From an uncultured Candidatus Saccharibacteria bacterium (lineage in GTDB: Bacteria > Patescibacteriota > Saccharimonadia > Saccharimonadales > CAIOMD01), in assembly GCA_964489075.1 (NCBI GenBank), contig CAZAXJ010000001.1, positions 1 to 25,582 of the forward strand: a stretch of DNA of 25,582 nucleotides. The letters are read 5' to 3'. A program made the position numbers and the translations under genes. Shown piece after piece: positions 1-7,432 of the stretch (position 1 is its first letter; every line of letters begins with the position of its first letter). The notes beneath the pieces were generated by a model. The model was not told the DNA's origin. It saw only the letters and a list, made by a program, of their open reading frames with translations, and ran no database searches.

Positions 1-681
1 AGTAATCAAAAGGATCAACCAAGCAAGGAGTATACTCACAATTCCGGCACTTAATCTCATGGTGGCCTTGCTTTCTTCTTTCCATTTAAGTATAGCGCTT
101 AACTTGATATCGCTCACAGTAAGTGTGATGATACAAACTAAAGCGAAGATTAAAGATATGCCGTAAACTATAAGCCATTCATTTTTCATATCGGTATTGG
201 TTAAGAAAAGTATAGTGGCAACCGAAATGACTGACAGACCGATGTTAGTTATTGAAGCACTGAATGCAACAACACCCAAAACCAAAGAGTTAAACGCTCC
301 GTATTTTTTGATTGCTCTTTTGTGAGCAATATGGGCAATTTTTTTATGAGGCCTGTGACCAATTCCTTTGTCGTACCAAAAATAGTCTTTAATTTCTATT
401 ATTCCACCAATTACTGTGGCAAGTGCAACTGCTAGGGCTGCATATTTTACAGTATTTATAGAAAGCACATTCAAAAATTCCCACCAAAAAATTCCTAAAA
501 CAACGACTGTGCTAACAAAACCAATAAAAAACATCAAAGAATTTTTAAGCAAATGTCCGCTGCCATGCCCACGGCCGAGCGAGCCGGCAAGTAGTGCCAA
601 ATAGATACTAATTAAACTTGGTGTAAGTCCACAAACGACTCCAGCAATAACAAGCGTTATAAATAAAGAATCTGTTGTCAT
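1..681 (-). CDS. CcdA/DsbD-transmembrane-domain-like (cytochrome c biogenesis family) polytopic membrane protein, 3' end runs off the window
   Basis: Not in the ORF track because it has no stop inside the window. Manual translation from ATG at 681: MTTDSLFITLVIAGVVCGLTPSLISIYLALLAG...GIIEIKDYFWYDKG...KWKEESKATMRLSAGIVSILLAWLILLIT, open for 227 codons with about 6 hydrophobic segments. ATGA overlap with the upstream gene at 678-681. IKDYFWY and W..MRL.AG resemble CcdA-like family motifs. Confidence 0.6.
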   Translation of the reverse strand, partial: MTTDSLFITLVIAGVVCGLTPSLISIYLALLAGSLGRGHGSGHLLKNSLMFFIGFVSTVVVLGIFWWEFLNVLSINTVKYAALAVALATVIGGIIEIKDYFWYDKGIGHRPHKKIAHIAHKRAIKKYGAFNSLVLGVVAFSASITNIGLSVISVATILFLTNTDMKNEWLIVYGISLIFALVCIITLTVSDIKLSAILKWKEESKATMRLSAGIVSILLAWLILLIT

Positions 682-932
682 AAACCGATCCTCCATAAAA
701 TAAGCAAATCAGAATTATGAATAACAAATAATGAGGTTGCGAAAAGTACCCCTGATGCTAGGCCTACAACACCGACTATAAGCAAAAATATATAATGCTT
801 TGGAGTTTCATGCTTTGCGAACAGACCGGCTGCCAATATACAACAGACAAGTAACAAACATGCTGCAAAAACAGCCCGAGTGCTAAGCGTATGAATTTGC
901 TGCAAAGTTGTGCTTAGTAAACTTGCTTGCAT
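678..932 (-). CDS. small hypothetical membrane protein (2 predicted TM helices)
   Basis: 84 aa ORF with two hydrophobic stretches, a purine-rich GAGAGG upstream, and its stop overlapping the next start (ATGA). Confidence 0.65.
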   Translation of the reverse strand: MQASLLSTTLQQIHTLSTRAVFAACLLLVCCILAAGLFAKHETPKHYIFLLIVGVVGLASGVLFATSLFVIHNSDLLILWRIGL

Positions 933-1000
933 TAGTTTTCTTTTTGCCCTCTCTTAGTAAAGAATATATCATTGAATAAGCATAAGCGACAATAAATAAG

Positions 1001-2407
1001 ATGTCAGAAGTAACTAATAAACCTTCGTATATGGCAACCGCTCAAGAAGTTGCAACTATCTTTAATGTTCGCATAACTCAAGGCTTGAGTCATGAACAGG
1101 TCAAAAAAAACAAAGAAAGGGTCGATAAGAGAACATCTGTTAATTGTCCAAAACTGCCTTTTATTTTTTGGGCGATAGTATTAGTTGGCTTTAGTACATC
1201 AGTTGCAGTTTTTATTCTAAGCGAAGTAGCAGGTGTTTTGCTATTCGCTGGAGCTGCAACCCTGTTTGCTGTTTTCGGGTTGGCGCAACAAAATTATGTG
1301 AGGCATATTTTAGAAATCATTGCTAAATATCCTAAAGCTACACAAACCGTAAAACGCGATGGTGGGTCAACGTTTCAAGTTTTACCAAGCGAGTTAGTAA
1401 AAGGTGATGTAGTTATTTTGCAAAAAGGAGACTTTGTTGGTGCCGATATGAGACTGATTGAAGTTAATGACTTAGTTGTTGACGAAGAAGAAGTAACAGG
1501 TACTACGAATGCTGTTCAAAAAAATACCTTTGCAAGTACTAAAAAACAAAAACTAAAAGACCAAAAAAATATGGTTTTTGCAGGTAGCTATATTGTAGAG
1601 GGCAAGGGGGTCGCAATAGTTGTTGGGCCAATAATTCAACCTAGCAACTTTGTAAAGGTTCCAAAGCTACGTTTAAAAAAAGAGCAAAAATTCAGAAGAT
1701 TAATAGTACTGATAATTTCTGGGTTCTTGGGTGCATCTTTACTGCTATTTGATATTGGTATTTTTTCGACAGCAGCCTTAACAATATTACTTGTTGCCAG
1801 TACATATTATTATGTTACATATTGGTTAAAGGTTACTTCTTGGGCATCATTGTACGAAAAATTACTTAATATTGGCTTTCAGGCTAACTCTATCTTGGCT
1901 ATACAAAATTTAGCTAAAACAGACATCGTAATATTGAATACATCTAAATTAGAACTGCTAGAAGCAGCAGCTTTTGTTCATTCCTTGCAAGCAGAGCTTT
2001 CAATAGAAGTTAGAGGTATTACGGACACAAAGAAGGAAGTTAATGACTTAGAGCAAGAGTTGAATATTCGACAAAGTGCGTTGTCTGAAAAAGAATTTTT
2101 GAGCTCACGTCGTGATAAAAAATTAAAATCACTAAATGAATATCAATTTTTGCAAGATTTTAACGAAATTGCCATAAATGAAACATTGAGTTTACTTGGG
2201 CAGGCTGGGCATGAGGTTTTACTTATTGATGACAGAAAAATTCCAGAAGTGTCTACCAAATTAAGTAAAAGCTATTTGAACTTAACTTCTACCCCAAGCA
2301 GTGCTGCACTAAAGCAGGCAGCTGGGCTTTACAAGACACCATCATTAAAAAAAGTTGTCCAAACTTTTAACGAAATAGATCAATTTAAGAAGACAACAGG
2401 TTATTGA
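1001..2407 (+). CDS. degenerate, C-terminally truncated cation-transporting P-type ATPase-like protein
   Basis: N-terminal GLSHEQV (Cation_ATPase_N-like), actuator domain LVKGDVVILQKGDFVGADMRLIE and NMVFAGSYIVEGKGVAIVV, 4 TM segments and P-domain remnants. The DKTGT, TGES and PEGL motifs are absent and there are no M5-M10 helices. Confidence 0.75.
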   Translation: MSEVTNKPSYMATAQEVATIFNVRITQGLSHEQVKKNKERVDKRTSVNCPKLPFIFWAIVLVGFSTSVAVFILSEVAGVLLFAGAATLFAVFGLAQQNYVRHILEIIAKYPKATQTVKRDGGSTFQVLPSELVKGDVVILQKGDFVGADMRLIEVNDLVVDEEEVTGTTNAVQKNTFASTKKQKLKDQKNMVFAGSYIVEGKGVAIVVGPIIQPSNFVKVPKLRLKKEQKFRRLIVLIISGFLGASLLLFDIGIFSTAALTILLVASTYYYVTYWLKVTSWASLYEKLLNIGFQANSILAIQNLAKTDIVILNTSKLELLEAAAFVHSLQAELSIEVRGITDTKKEVNDLEQELNIRQSALSEKEFLSSRRDKKLKSLNEYQFLQDFNEIAINETLSLLGQAGHEVLLIDDRKIPEVSTKLSKSYLNLTSTPSSAALKQAAGLYKTPSLKKVVQTFNEIDQFKKTTGY

Positions 2408-2432
2408 CTTTTAAGCTAATTTTTGCTATAAT
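2404..2432 (+). promoter_or_regulatory. sigma70-type promoter
   Basis: TTGACT (2404-2409), 17 nt spacer, TATAAT (2427-2432), with extended -10 TG at 2424-2425. Confidence 0.8.
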
Positions 2433-2468
2433 ATATATGTTGATTGCAACAACAAAAATGTAAAAAAA

Positions 2469-2639
2469 TCGGTAAAAAGTAACCTGTTATTTGGTTGCCA
2501 AAAATACAATAGTACTTATGCCAAAAAAGGTGTACTATCTGTGTAAGGCTACAAAAACCAAAACATAAAAACAGGTTACTTGGCCGAACAAAAAAGCTAC
2601 GAACTTCTTTGCTATTAGTGTAGTAAGGCAAGTTTTGGC
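2469..2639 (+). ncRNA. candidate structured RNA / 5' leader (long rod plus second hairpin)
   Basis: Nested helices found by hand: 2469-73/2583-87; perfect 12 bp AAGTAACCTGTT 2477-88 / AACAGGTTACTT 2570-81; 2490-96/2556-62; 2497-99/2547-49; 2505-08/2542-45; 2509-15/2532-38. A second hairpin spans 2596-2639. No family recognised. Confidence 0.5.
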
Positions 2640-2666
2640 AAAAAAACAAAAACATGGAGGTAACCC

Positions 2667-2747
2667 ATGAGCGACGTAGCATTATCCTACGAACTCATGC
2701 CTACAAGCGACGAGCGACTGCTTAGCATCGATCAACTTCTTGCTTAG
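2667..2747 (+). CDS. 26 aa small ORF MSDVALSYELMPTSDERLLSIDQLLA
   Basis: GGAGGT Shine-Dalgarno at 2656-2661, ATG at 2667, TAG at 2745-2747. It lies between a near-consensus promoter and a terminator. Confidence 0.55.
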   Translation: MSDVALSYELMPTSDERLLSIDQLLA

Positions 2748-2752
2748 GAGGC

Positions 2753-2786
2753 AAAAAAATCCCGAACAATTAAGTTCGGGATTTTT
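2753..2786. terminator. bidirectional intrinsic terminator
   Basis: AAAAATCCCGAAC (2755-67), AATTAA loop, GTTCGGGATTTTT (2774-86). T-tracts on both strands. It sits between the tRNA-Met 3' end and the sORF stop. Confidence 0.85.
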
Positions 2787-2788
2787 CT

Positions 2789-2865
2789 TGGTAGCGGCGA
2801 CTGGAATTGAACCAGTGACCTTAGGCTTATGAGTCCTACGCTCTAACCAACTGAGCTACGCCGCC
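2789..2865 (-). tRNA. tRNA-Met (anticodon CAT), probably elongator
   Basis: GGCGGCG TA GCTC..GAGC, anticodon arm TAGGA-CTCATAA-GCCTA, T-arm ACTGG-TTCAATT-CCAGT, CGCCGCT-A-CCA; 77 nt with encoded CCA. It has no initiator features and lacks the C4:G69/C5:G68 pairs of E. coli-type Ile2. Confidence 0.92.
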
Positions 2866-2957
2866 ACATCGTCATCTTATTGTATAGCTAAACTAAAACC
2901 ACAATACTATAGCAAATTTTTATCTGTTAGGCCATATATTGCTATGATGAATGGCAT

Positions 2958-3854
2958 ATGAGTTTGAGCTTAAATTTACCAAATGCAACTTACGTTGTCG
3001 CTGTTTCTGGCGGAGTAGACTCAGTGGTACTGCTTGAACTTTTAACAAAAACTAATAGTAAATTAGTAGTTGCTCATTTTGATCATGGCATTCGGCATAA
3101 TTCGCATGAAGATGCCGAATTTGTCATGAATTTGGCAGAGAAATATGGATTGCCATTCGAGCTTGAACGTGTAGAACTTGGTAAAGATACAAGTGAAGCA
3201 GAAGCCCGAAAAGCACGGTATGGCTTTTTAAATGGTTTACGCGAAAAATATAAAGCAACAGCAGTTGTTACTGCTCATCATCAAGACGATTTAATTGAGA
3301 CTAGCATGATAAACCTGCTACGAGGAACGGGCAGACATGGCCTAACATCACTAAAAAGTAAACCCGGACTTCTTAGGCCTTTTATAAGTATTCCCAAAAA
3401 AATGCTTATTGATTTTGCGAACGAAAATAGGCTGGAATGGCGTGAAGATGAATCAAACAAAGACACTAAATATTTAAGAAATAAAATAAGACTTGAAGTT
3501 TTACCTAAGATGTCTGATGAGATACGAGCACATTGGTTAAAAATTATCGAAGATATGCAGATAATCAATAAAAAACTAGATGCAGAATTACAAACTATTT
3601 TACGGCGTGGGTTACACAAAGGCCAACCAATATTAAATAGGCAGTGGTTCATTAATCTGCCGCATGCGATTTCAAAAGAAGCTATGCTTTATATTTTGCG
3701 AGATTTAAAAGTGCACGATATCGATAGAAAAACAATTGAGCGTTTGAGCGTGCAAATAAAAACTGTTAAACCTGGCAAAATGCTTCAGGCACATGGCGTT
3801 AAAATCGAATTAACTAAACGTTCTGCTCGTTTTGTGGTAAATAAAGCAAACTAA
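2958..3854 (+). CDS. tilS: tRNA(Ile)-lysidine synthetase (short form)
   Basis: PP-loop VAVSGGVDS, AHFDHGIR, EAEARKARY, TAHHQDD, LLRPF, WREDESN, RNKIRL. Confidence 0.95.
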   Translation: MSLSLNLPNATYVVAVSGGVDSVVLLELLTKTNSKLVVAHFDHGIRHNSHEDAEFVMNLAEKYGLPFELERVELGKDTSEAEARKARYGFLNGLREKYKATAVVTAHHQDDLIETSMINLLRGTGRHGLTSLKSKPGLLRPFISIPKKMLIDFANENRLEWREDESNKDTKYLRNKIRLEVLPKMSDEIRAHWLKIIEDMQIINKKLDAELQTILRRGLHKGQPILNRQWFINLPHAISKEAMLYILRDLKVHDIDRKTIERLSVQIKTVKPGKMLQAHGVKIELTKRSARFVVNKAN

Positions 3855-3895
3855 TCAATAAGATATTTCTTGTAATTCGGGTATAATATCCCCGT

Positions 3896-5761
3896 ATGGA
3901 TAAAAAGTCGAAGAAGAAGGGAAAGCAGTCCTCTAATAAGAAGCTGCTTAAGAATATAGGTTTTATTGTAATTATTGCGCTGTTTGCAGCAGTATTCTTA
4001 TTTAGTTTTCGCCAACCGTCAAAACTTGCTGATAAACCATATAACGATGTTATTAACCGTGCTAATAGCGGCGAAATTTCAAAACTTCAAGTTGATGGAG
4101 ACAAAATTACTGTTACGAAAAAAGGCGATGATAAGCCAACCGAGAAAACTCGTAAAGAACAAAATGCAACTTTGTACGGCCCTGGGGGTTTGACTGATCG
4201 GAATGTAACAGTTGAATTTAAAGCTGCCAGTAGCAGTGGGGCGACATGGACAGCACTTGCTATAAATCTGTTACCAGTAATTATTATCGTTCTTGTTTTA
4301 GTATTTATGCTTCGCTCGGCACAAGGCCAAGGCAATCAAGCACTTGGTTTTGGTAAAAGTAGCGCTAGGCTTTACGGAAATGACAAAGAACCCGTAAAGT
4401 TTAACGATATTGCGGGTAATGGCGAAGCGAAGCAGGATCTTGAAGAAGTCGTAGAATTTCTGAAATTTCCTAAAAAGTTTTTAGGATTAGGCGCGAAAAT
4501 ACCCAAAGGTGTTTTACTCGTTGGGCCCCCAGGAACGGGTAAAACGATGCTTGCAAGAGCAGTAGCGGGCGAAGCAAGCGTGCCTTTCTTTAGTATTTCG
4601 GGTTCAGAATTTGTTGAAATGTTTGTTGGTGTTGGTGCAAGCCGTGTTCGAGATTTATTTTCAAAAGCAAAAAAGAATGCACCTGCAATTATTTTTATCG
4701 ACGAAATTGACGCAGTTGGCAGAAGACGCGGGAGCGGCATGGGTGGTGGCCATGATGAACGTGAACAAACGTTGAATCAAATACTAGTTGAAATGGATGG
4801 TTTTGAGCATGGCGAAAATGTAATTATTATTGCTGCAACAAACAGGATGGATGTCTTAGATCCAGCGCTTCTCCGGCCTGGACGCTTTGACAGAAGGGTT
4901 GGTATAGGCTTGCCTGACAGAAAAGATCGTTTAGCAATTTTAAAGGTTCATTTCGAGAAAAAACCTTTAGATAAAAGTGTTGATCTTGATTCGCTAGCGG
5001 CAAAAACAGCGGGTTCTAGTGGCGCTGACTTGGCAAATATTACCAACGAAGCTGCAATTATTGCGGCACGACGTAATCGAACGACAATTCTTGCAGATGA
5101 TGTTACCGAAGCATTTGAAAAGGTTGCAATTGGCCCAGAACGTAAAAATAAGATTATGAACGATAAAGAAAAAGAACTAACTGCATACCACGAAGCCGGT
5201 CATGCAATTGTAGGGCATGTTTTGCCTGATAGCGATATGGTTCATAAAGTCACAATCATTCCAAGAGGTGGTACAGGTGGCGTGACATGGTTTATCCCTC
5301 CGGAGGATAAGTCATACCACAGTATTATTGAGTACAAAGACGTACTTGCACGTATGCTTGGTGGGCGTATTGCCGAAGAAGTGATTTATGGGACAGACAG
5401 AGTTACGACAGGAGCTGGGAACGACCTACAAAAGGCCGCCGAGCTTGCTCGGGATATGGTTGTTAATCAAGGTATGGGCAAAAAACTTAGAGATCAAGTG
5501 TTTCATGTTGAGGAGGGTATAATGCTAGAACGCGTAATGCATGAACGACAATATTCTGACGAAACAGCAAAAATTATTGATGACGAAGTCGAAGGATTAA
5601 TAACCGAAGCAGCAAAACGAGCAAAGCTTGTTATTAAATCAAATCTTAAACATCTTGAAGAACTTAAAAACGCTTTAATCGAAAAAGAAACAGTTGAAGC
5701 CGAGCAGGTGCTAGAAATTCTTAAAGGTAGCTCAATGCCAAAAGAAGCAGCGCTTTATTAG
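3896..5761 (+). CDS. ftsH: ATP-dependent zinc metalloprotease FtsH
   Basis: 2 TM segments, Walker A GPPGTGKT, Walker [37 protein letters not shown] zinc motif. Confidence 0.98.
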   Translation: MDKKSKKKGKQSSNKKLLKNIGFIVIIALFAAVFLFSFRQPSKLADKPYNDVINRANSGEISKLQVDGDKITVTKKGDDKPTEKTRKEQNATLYGPGGLTDRNVTVEFKAASSSGATWTALAINLLPVIIIVLVLVFMLRSAQGQGNQALGFGKSSARLYGNDKEPVKFNDIAGNGEAKQDLEEVVEFLKFPKKFLGLGAKIPKGVLLVGPPGTGKTMLARAVAGEASVPFFSISGSEFVEMFVGVGASRVRDLFSKAKKNAPAIIFIDEIDAVGRRRGSGMGGGHDEREQTLNQILVEMDGFEHGENVIIIAATNRMDVLDPALLRPGRFDRRVGIGLPDRKDRLAILKVHFEKKPLDKSVDLDSLAAKTAGSSGADLANITNEAAIIAARRNRTTILADDVTEAFEKVAIGPERKNKIMNDKEKELTAYHEAGHAIVGHVLPDSDMVHKVTIIPRGGTGGVTWFIPPEDKSYHSIIEYKDVLARMLGGRIAEEVIYGTDRVTTGAGNDLQKAAELARDMVVNQGMGKKLRDQVFHVEEGIMLERVMHERQYSDETAKIIDDEVEGLITEAAKRAKLVIKSNLKHLEELKNALIEKETVEAEQVLEILKGSSMPKEAALY

Positions 5762-5824
5762 TTTTTTGTTCGCAAAGATTAGCTTAAACACCTATAATCA
5801 ATACAAGAGTAGTTGTAAATATAC

Positions 5825-7396
5825 ATGAATCGACTGTTACGCCGTGCAAACAAAAGATTAAGCCTAGGATCAGCCGCCGCAATTTTAGCAAGCGCTAGCT
5901 TTTTGGGTACATTTTTAGGAATTCTTCGCACTAAATTAATCAATGCTAACTTTGTTCCGTTTGAATCAGATGCATATTTTGCAGCCTTTAAAATACCAGA
6001 CCTTGTATTTTTTACTCTAGCATCTGGTGCCTTAGGGGTAGCTTTCTTGCCGATCTTAAGCGAGCGACTTTTAAAGAGCAAACAAAGTGCTTGGGACGTA
6101 GCAAGCTACATTTTAAATGCACTTGCAATAGTTGCGATGGTCATAACAGTTTTGATAATTATTTTTGCAAAACCGTTACTCCACTACATAGTCGCACCAG
6201 GATTTACGCCTGAGCAACTTGAACTTTCTGTTGCAATAATGCGAATTGTTAGTGTCAACATATTTCTGTTTTCAATTTCAACAGTATTAATAACTACTCA
6301 ACAGGCTGTCGGCCGGTTCTTCTTCATGGCTATTGCGCCATTATTTTACAATGGGGCGATTATTGCCAGCATTTACATCTTTGGCGATGAATTCGGGATA
6401 GTCGGCTTAGGCTTAGGAGTTGCCGCCGGTGCAATTTTGCAGCTTCTCATAGTCGCGCTTGGTATGATCGGTATGAATTTTCGCTACAAGCCGACCATTG
6501 ATTTTAAAAACAAATCGTTCCGCGAAGTACTTCGAATTTTACCAGCACGGTCTATTGACCAAGGCGTTGATTATATTAACAGTATTGCCGAGACCCGTTT
6601 TGCTTCTAAATTGAGCATCGGTTCTGTTACTAATTACGAAAATGCTTTGCTTTTGCATAGTGCTCCAATTATGTTGGTTGGTAATGCAATTTCTACCGCT
6701 GCCTTTCCACGATTAACAGATAGGCTTGCTCAGGGCAGGGTAGATTTATTTAAGAAAGAATTTTTACGGGTTCTCTCAACAATGGTTTGGATTTCGTTGC
6801 CGATTGTAATTATTTCTTACTTCACTCGAGGGTATTTAGCGCGTATTATCTTTGCGCGAGATAACCGAGAAATTGCGCTGATTTTTGGCTTTCTAGCCAT
6901 TGCTATATTTTTTAGGATTATATATACAATTGTTTCACGTTATTTTTATGCGCATAAAGATACAAAAACTCCGTTATATGTTTCGTTATTTGTAATTGTG
7001 CTTAACGTAATACTGGCTTACAACCTATCAAAGCCAACAGCATATGGTGTTGTTGGCTTGGCGCTCTCGCAAAGTATTGTTGCTTTAACCGAGGTACTTA
7101 TTTTAGTGGCAGTAATGATAAAACGTGACCGTAAGTTGTTTAATCCTGAGTTTCTGGCAAACTTGGTAAGAATATTTTCGGTCGGTGGTTTTACTGCAAT
7201 TGCAAGCTTTATTCTTATACAGTTCATGCCTTTAAATTCTAGCGACTTAGGTTTTGTATTGGTTGCCAAACTAACCATTTTCTCTGCAATAATATTGAGT
7301 ATTCACGTGCTCATATCCTTTATATTCGATTTGCGCGAAGCAAGGCTTGTTGTGAATCGCCTTAAGAGAATGATTTTAAGGCCAATAAAAATATAA
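5825..7396 (+). CDS. murJ: lipid II flippase MurJ (MviN)
   Basis: About 14 TM segments; GILRTKLI, SDAYFAAFKIPDLVF, LPILSE, AAFPRL, FYAHKDTKTP motifs. Confidence 0.93.
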   Translation: MNRLLRRANKRLSLGSAAAILASASFLGTFLGILRTKLINANFVPFESDAYFAAFKIPDLVFFTLASGALGVAFLPILSERLLKSKQSAWDVASYILNALAIVAMVITVLIIIFAKPLLHYIVAPGFTPEQLELSVAIMRIVSVNIFLFSISTVLITTQQAVGRFFFMAIAPLFYNGAIIASIYIFGDEFGIVGLGLGVAAGAILQLLIVALGMIGMNFRYKPTIDFKNKSFREVLRILPARSIDQGVDYINSIAETRFASKLSIGSVTNYENALLLHSAPIMLVGNAISTAAFPRLTDRLAQGRVDLFKKEFLRVLSTMVWISLPIVIISYFTRGYLARIIFARDNREIALIFGFLAIAIFFRIIYTIVSRYFYAHKDTKTPLYVSLFVIVLNVILAYNLSKPTAYGVVGLALSQSIVALTEVLILVAVMIKRDRKLFNPEFLANLVRIFSVGGFTAIASFILIQFMPLNSSDLGFVLVAKLTIFSAIILSIHVLISFIFDLREARLVVNRLKRMILRPIKI

Positions 7397-7432
7397 GTCT
7401 TTGCTCTAATCAGATACAGAGCTATATAATGT

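Noticed and set aside
416-604. 62 aa + strand ORF
   Set aside because: Antisense shadow of the 227-codon minus-strand membrane gene.
2416-2682. 88 aa minus-strand ORF rich in F/C
   Set aside because: Its composition simply mirrors the A-tracts of the + strand, and the promoter, SD and structure signals all point to the + strand.
2439-2750. tmRNA, 6S, SRP or RNase P identity for the structured region
   Set aside because: No tRNA-like ends or CCA, no SRP GGAA/AGCAG domain IV, no RNase P conserved motifs. The rod is shorter than typical 6S and lacks a clear central bubble. A covariance search is still needed to exclude a divergent 6S.
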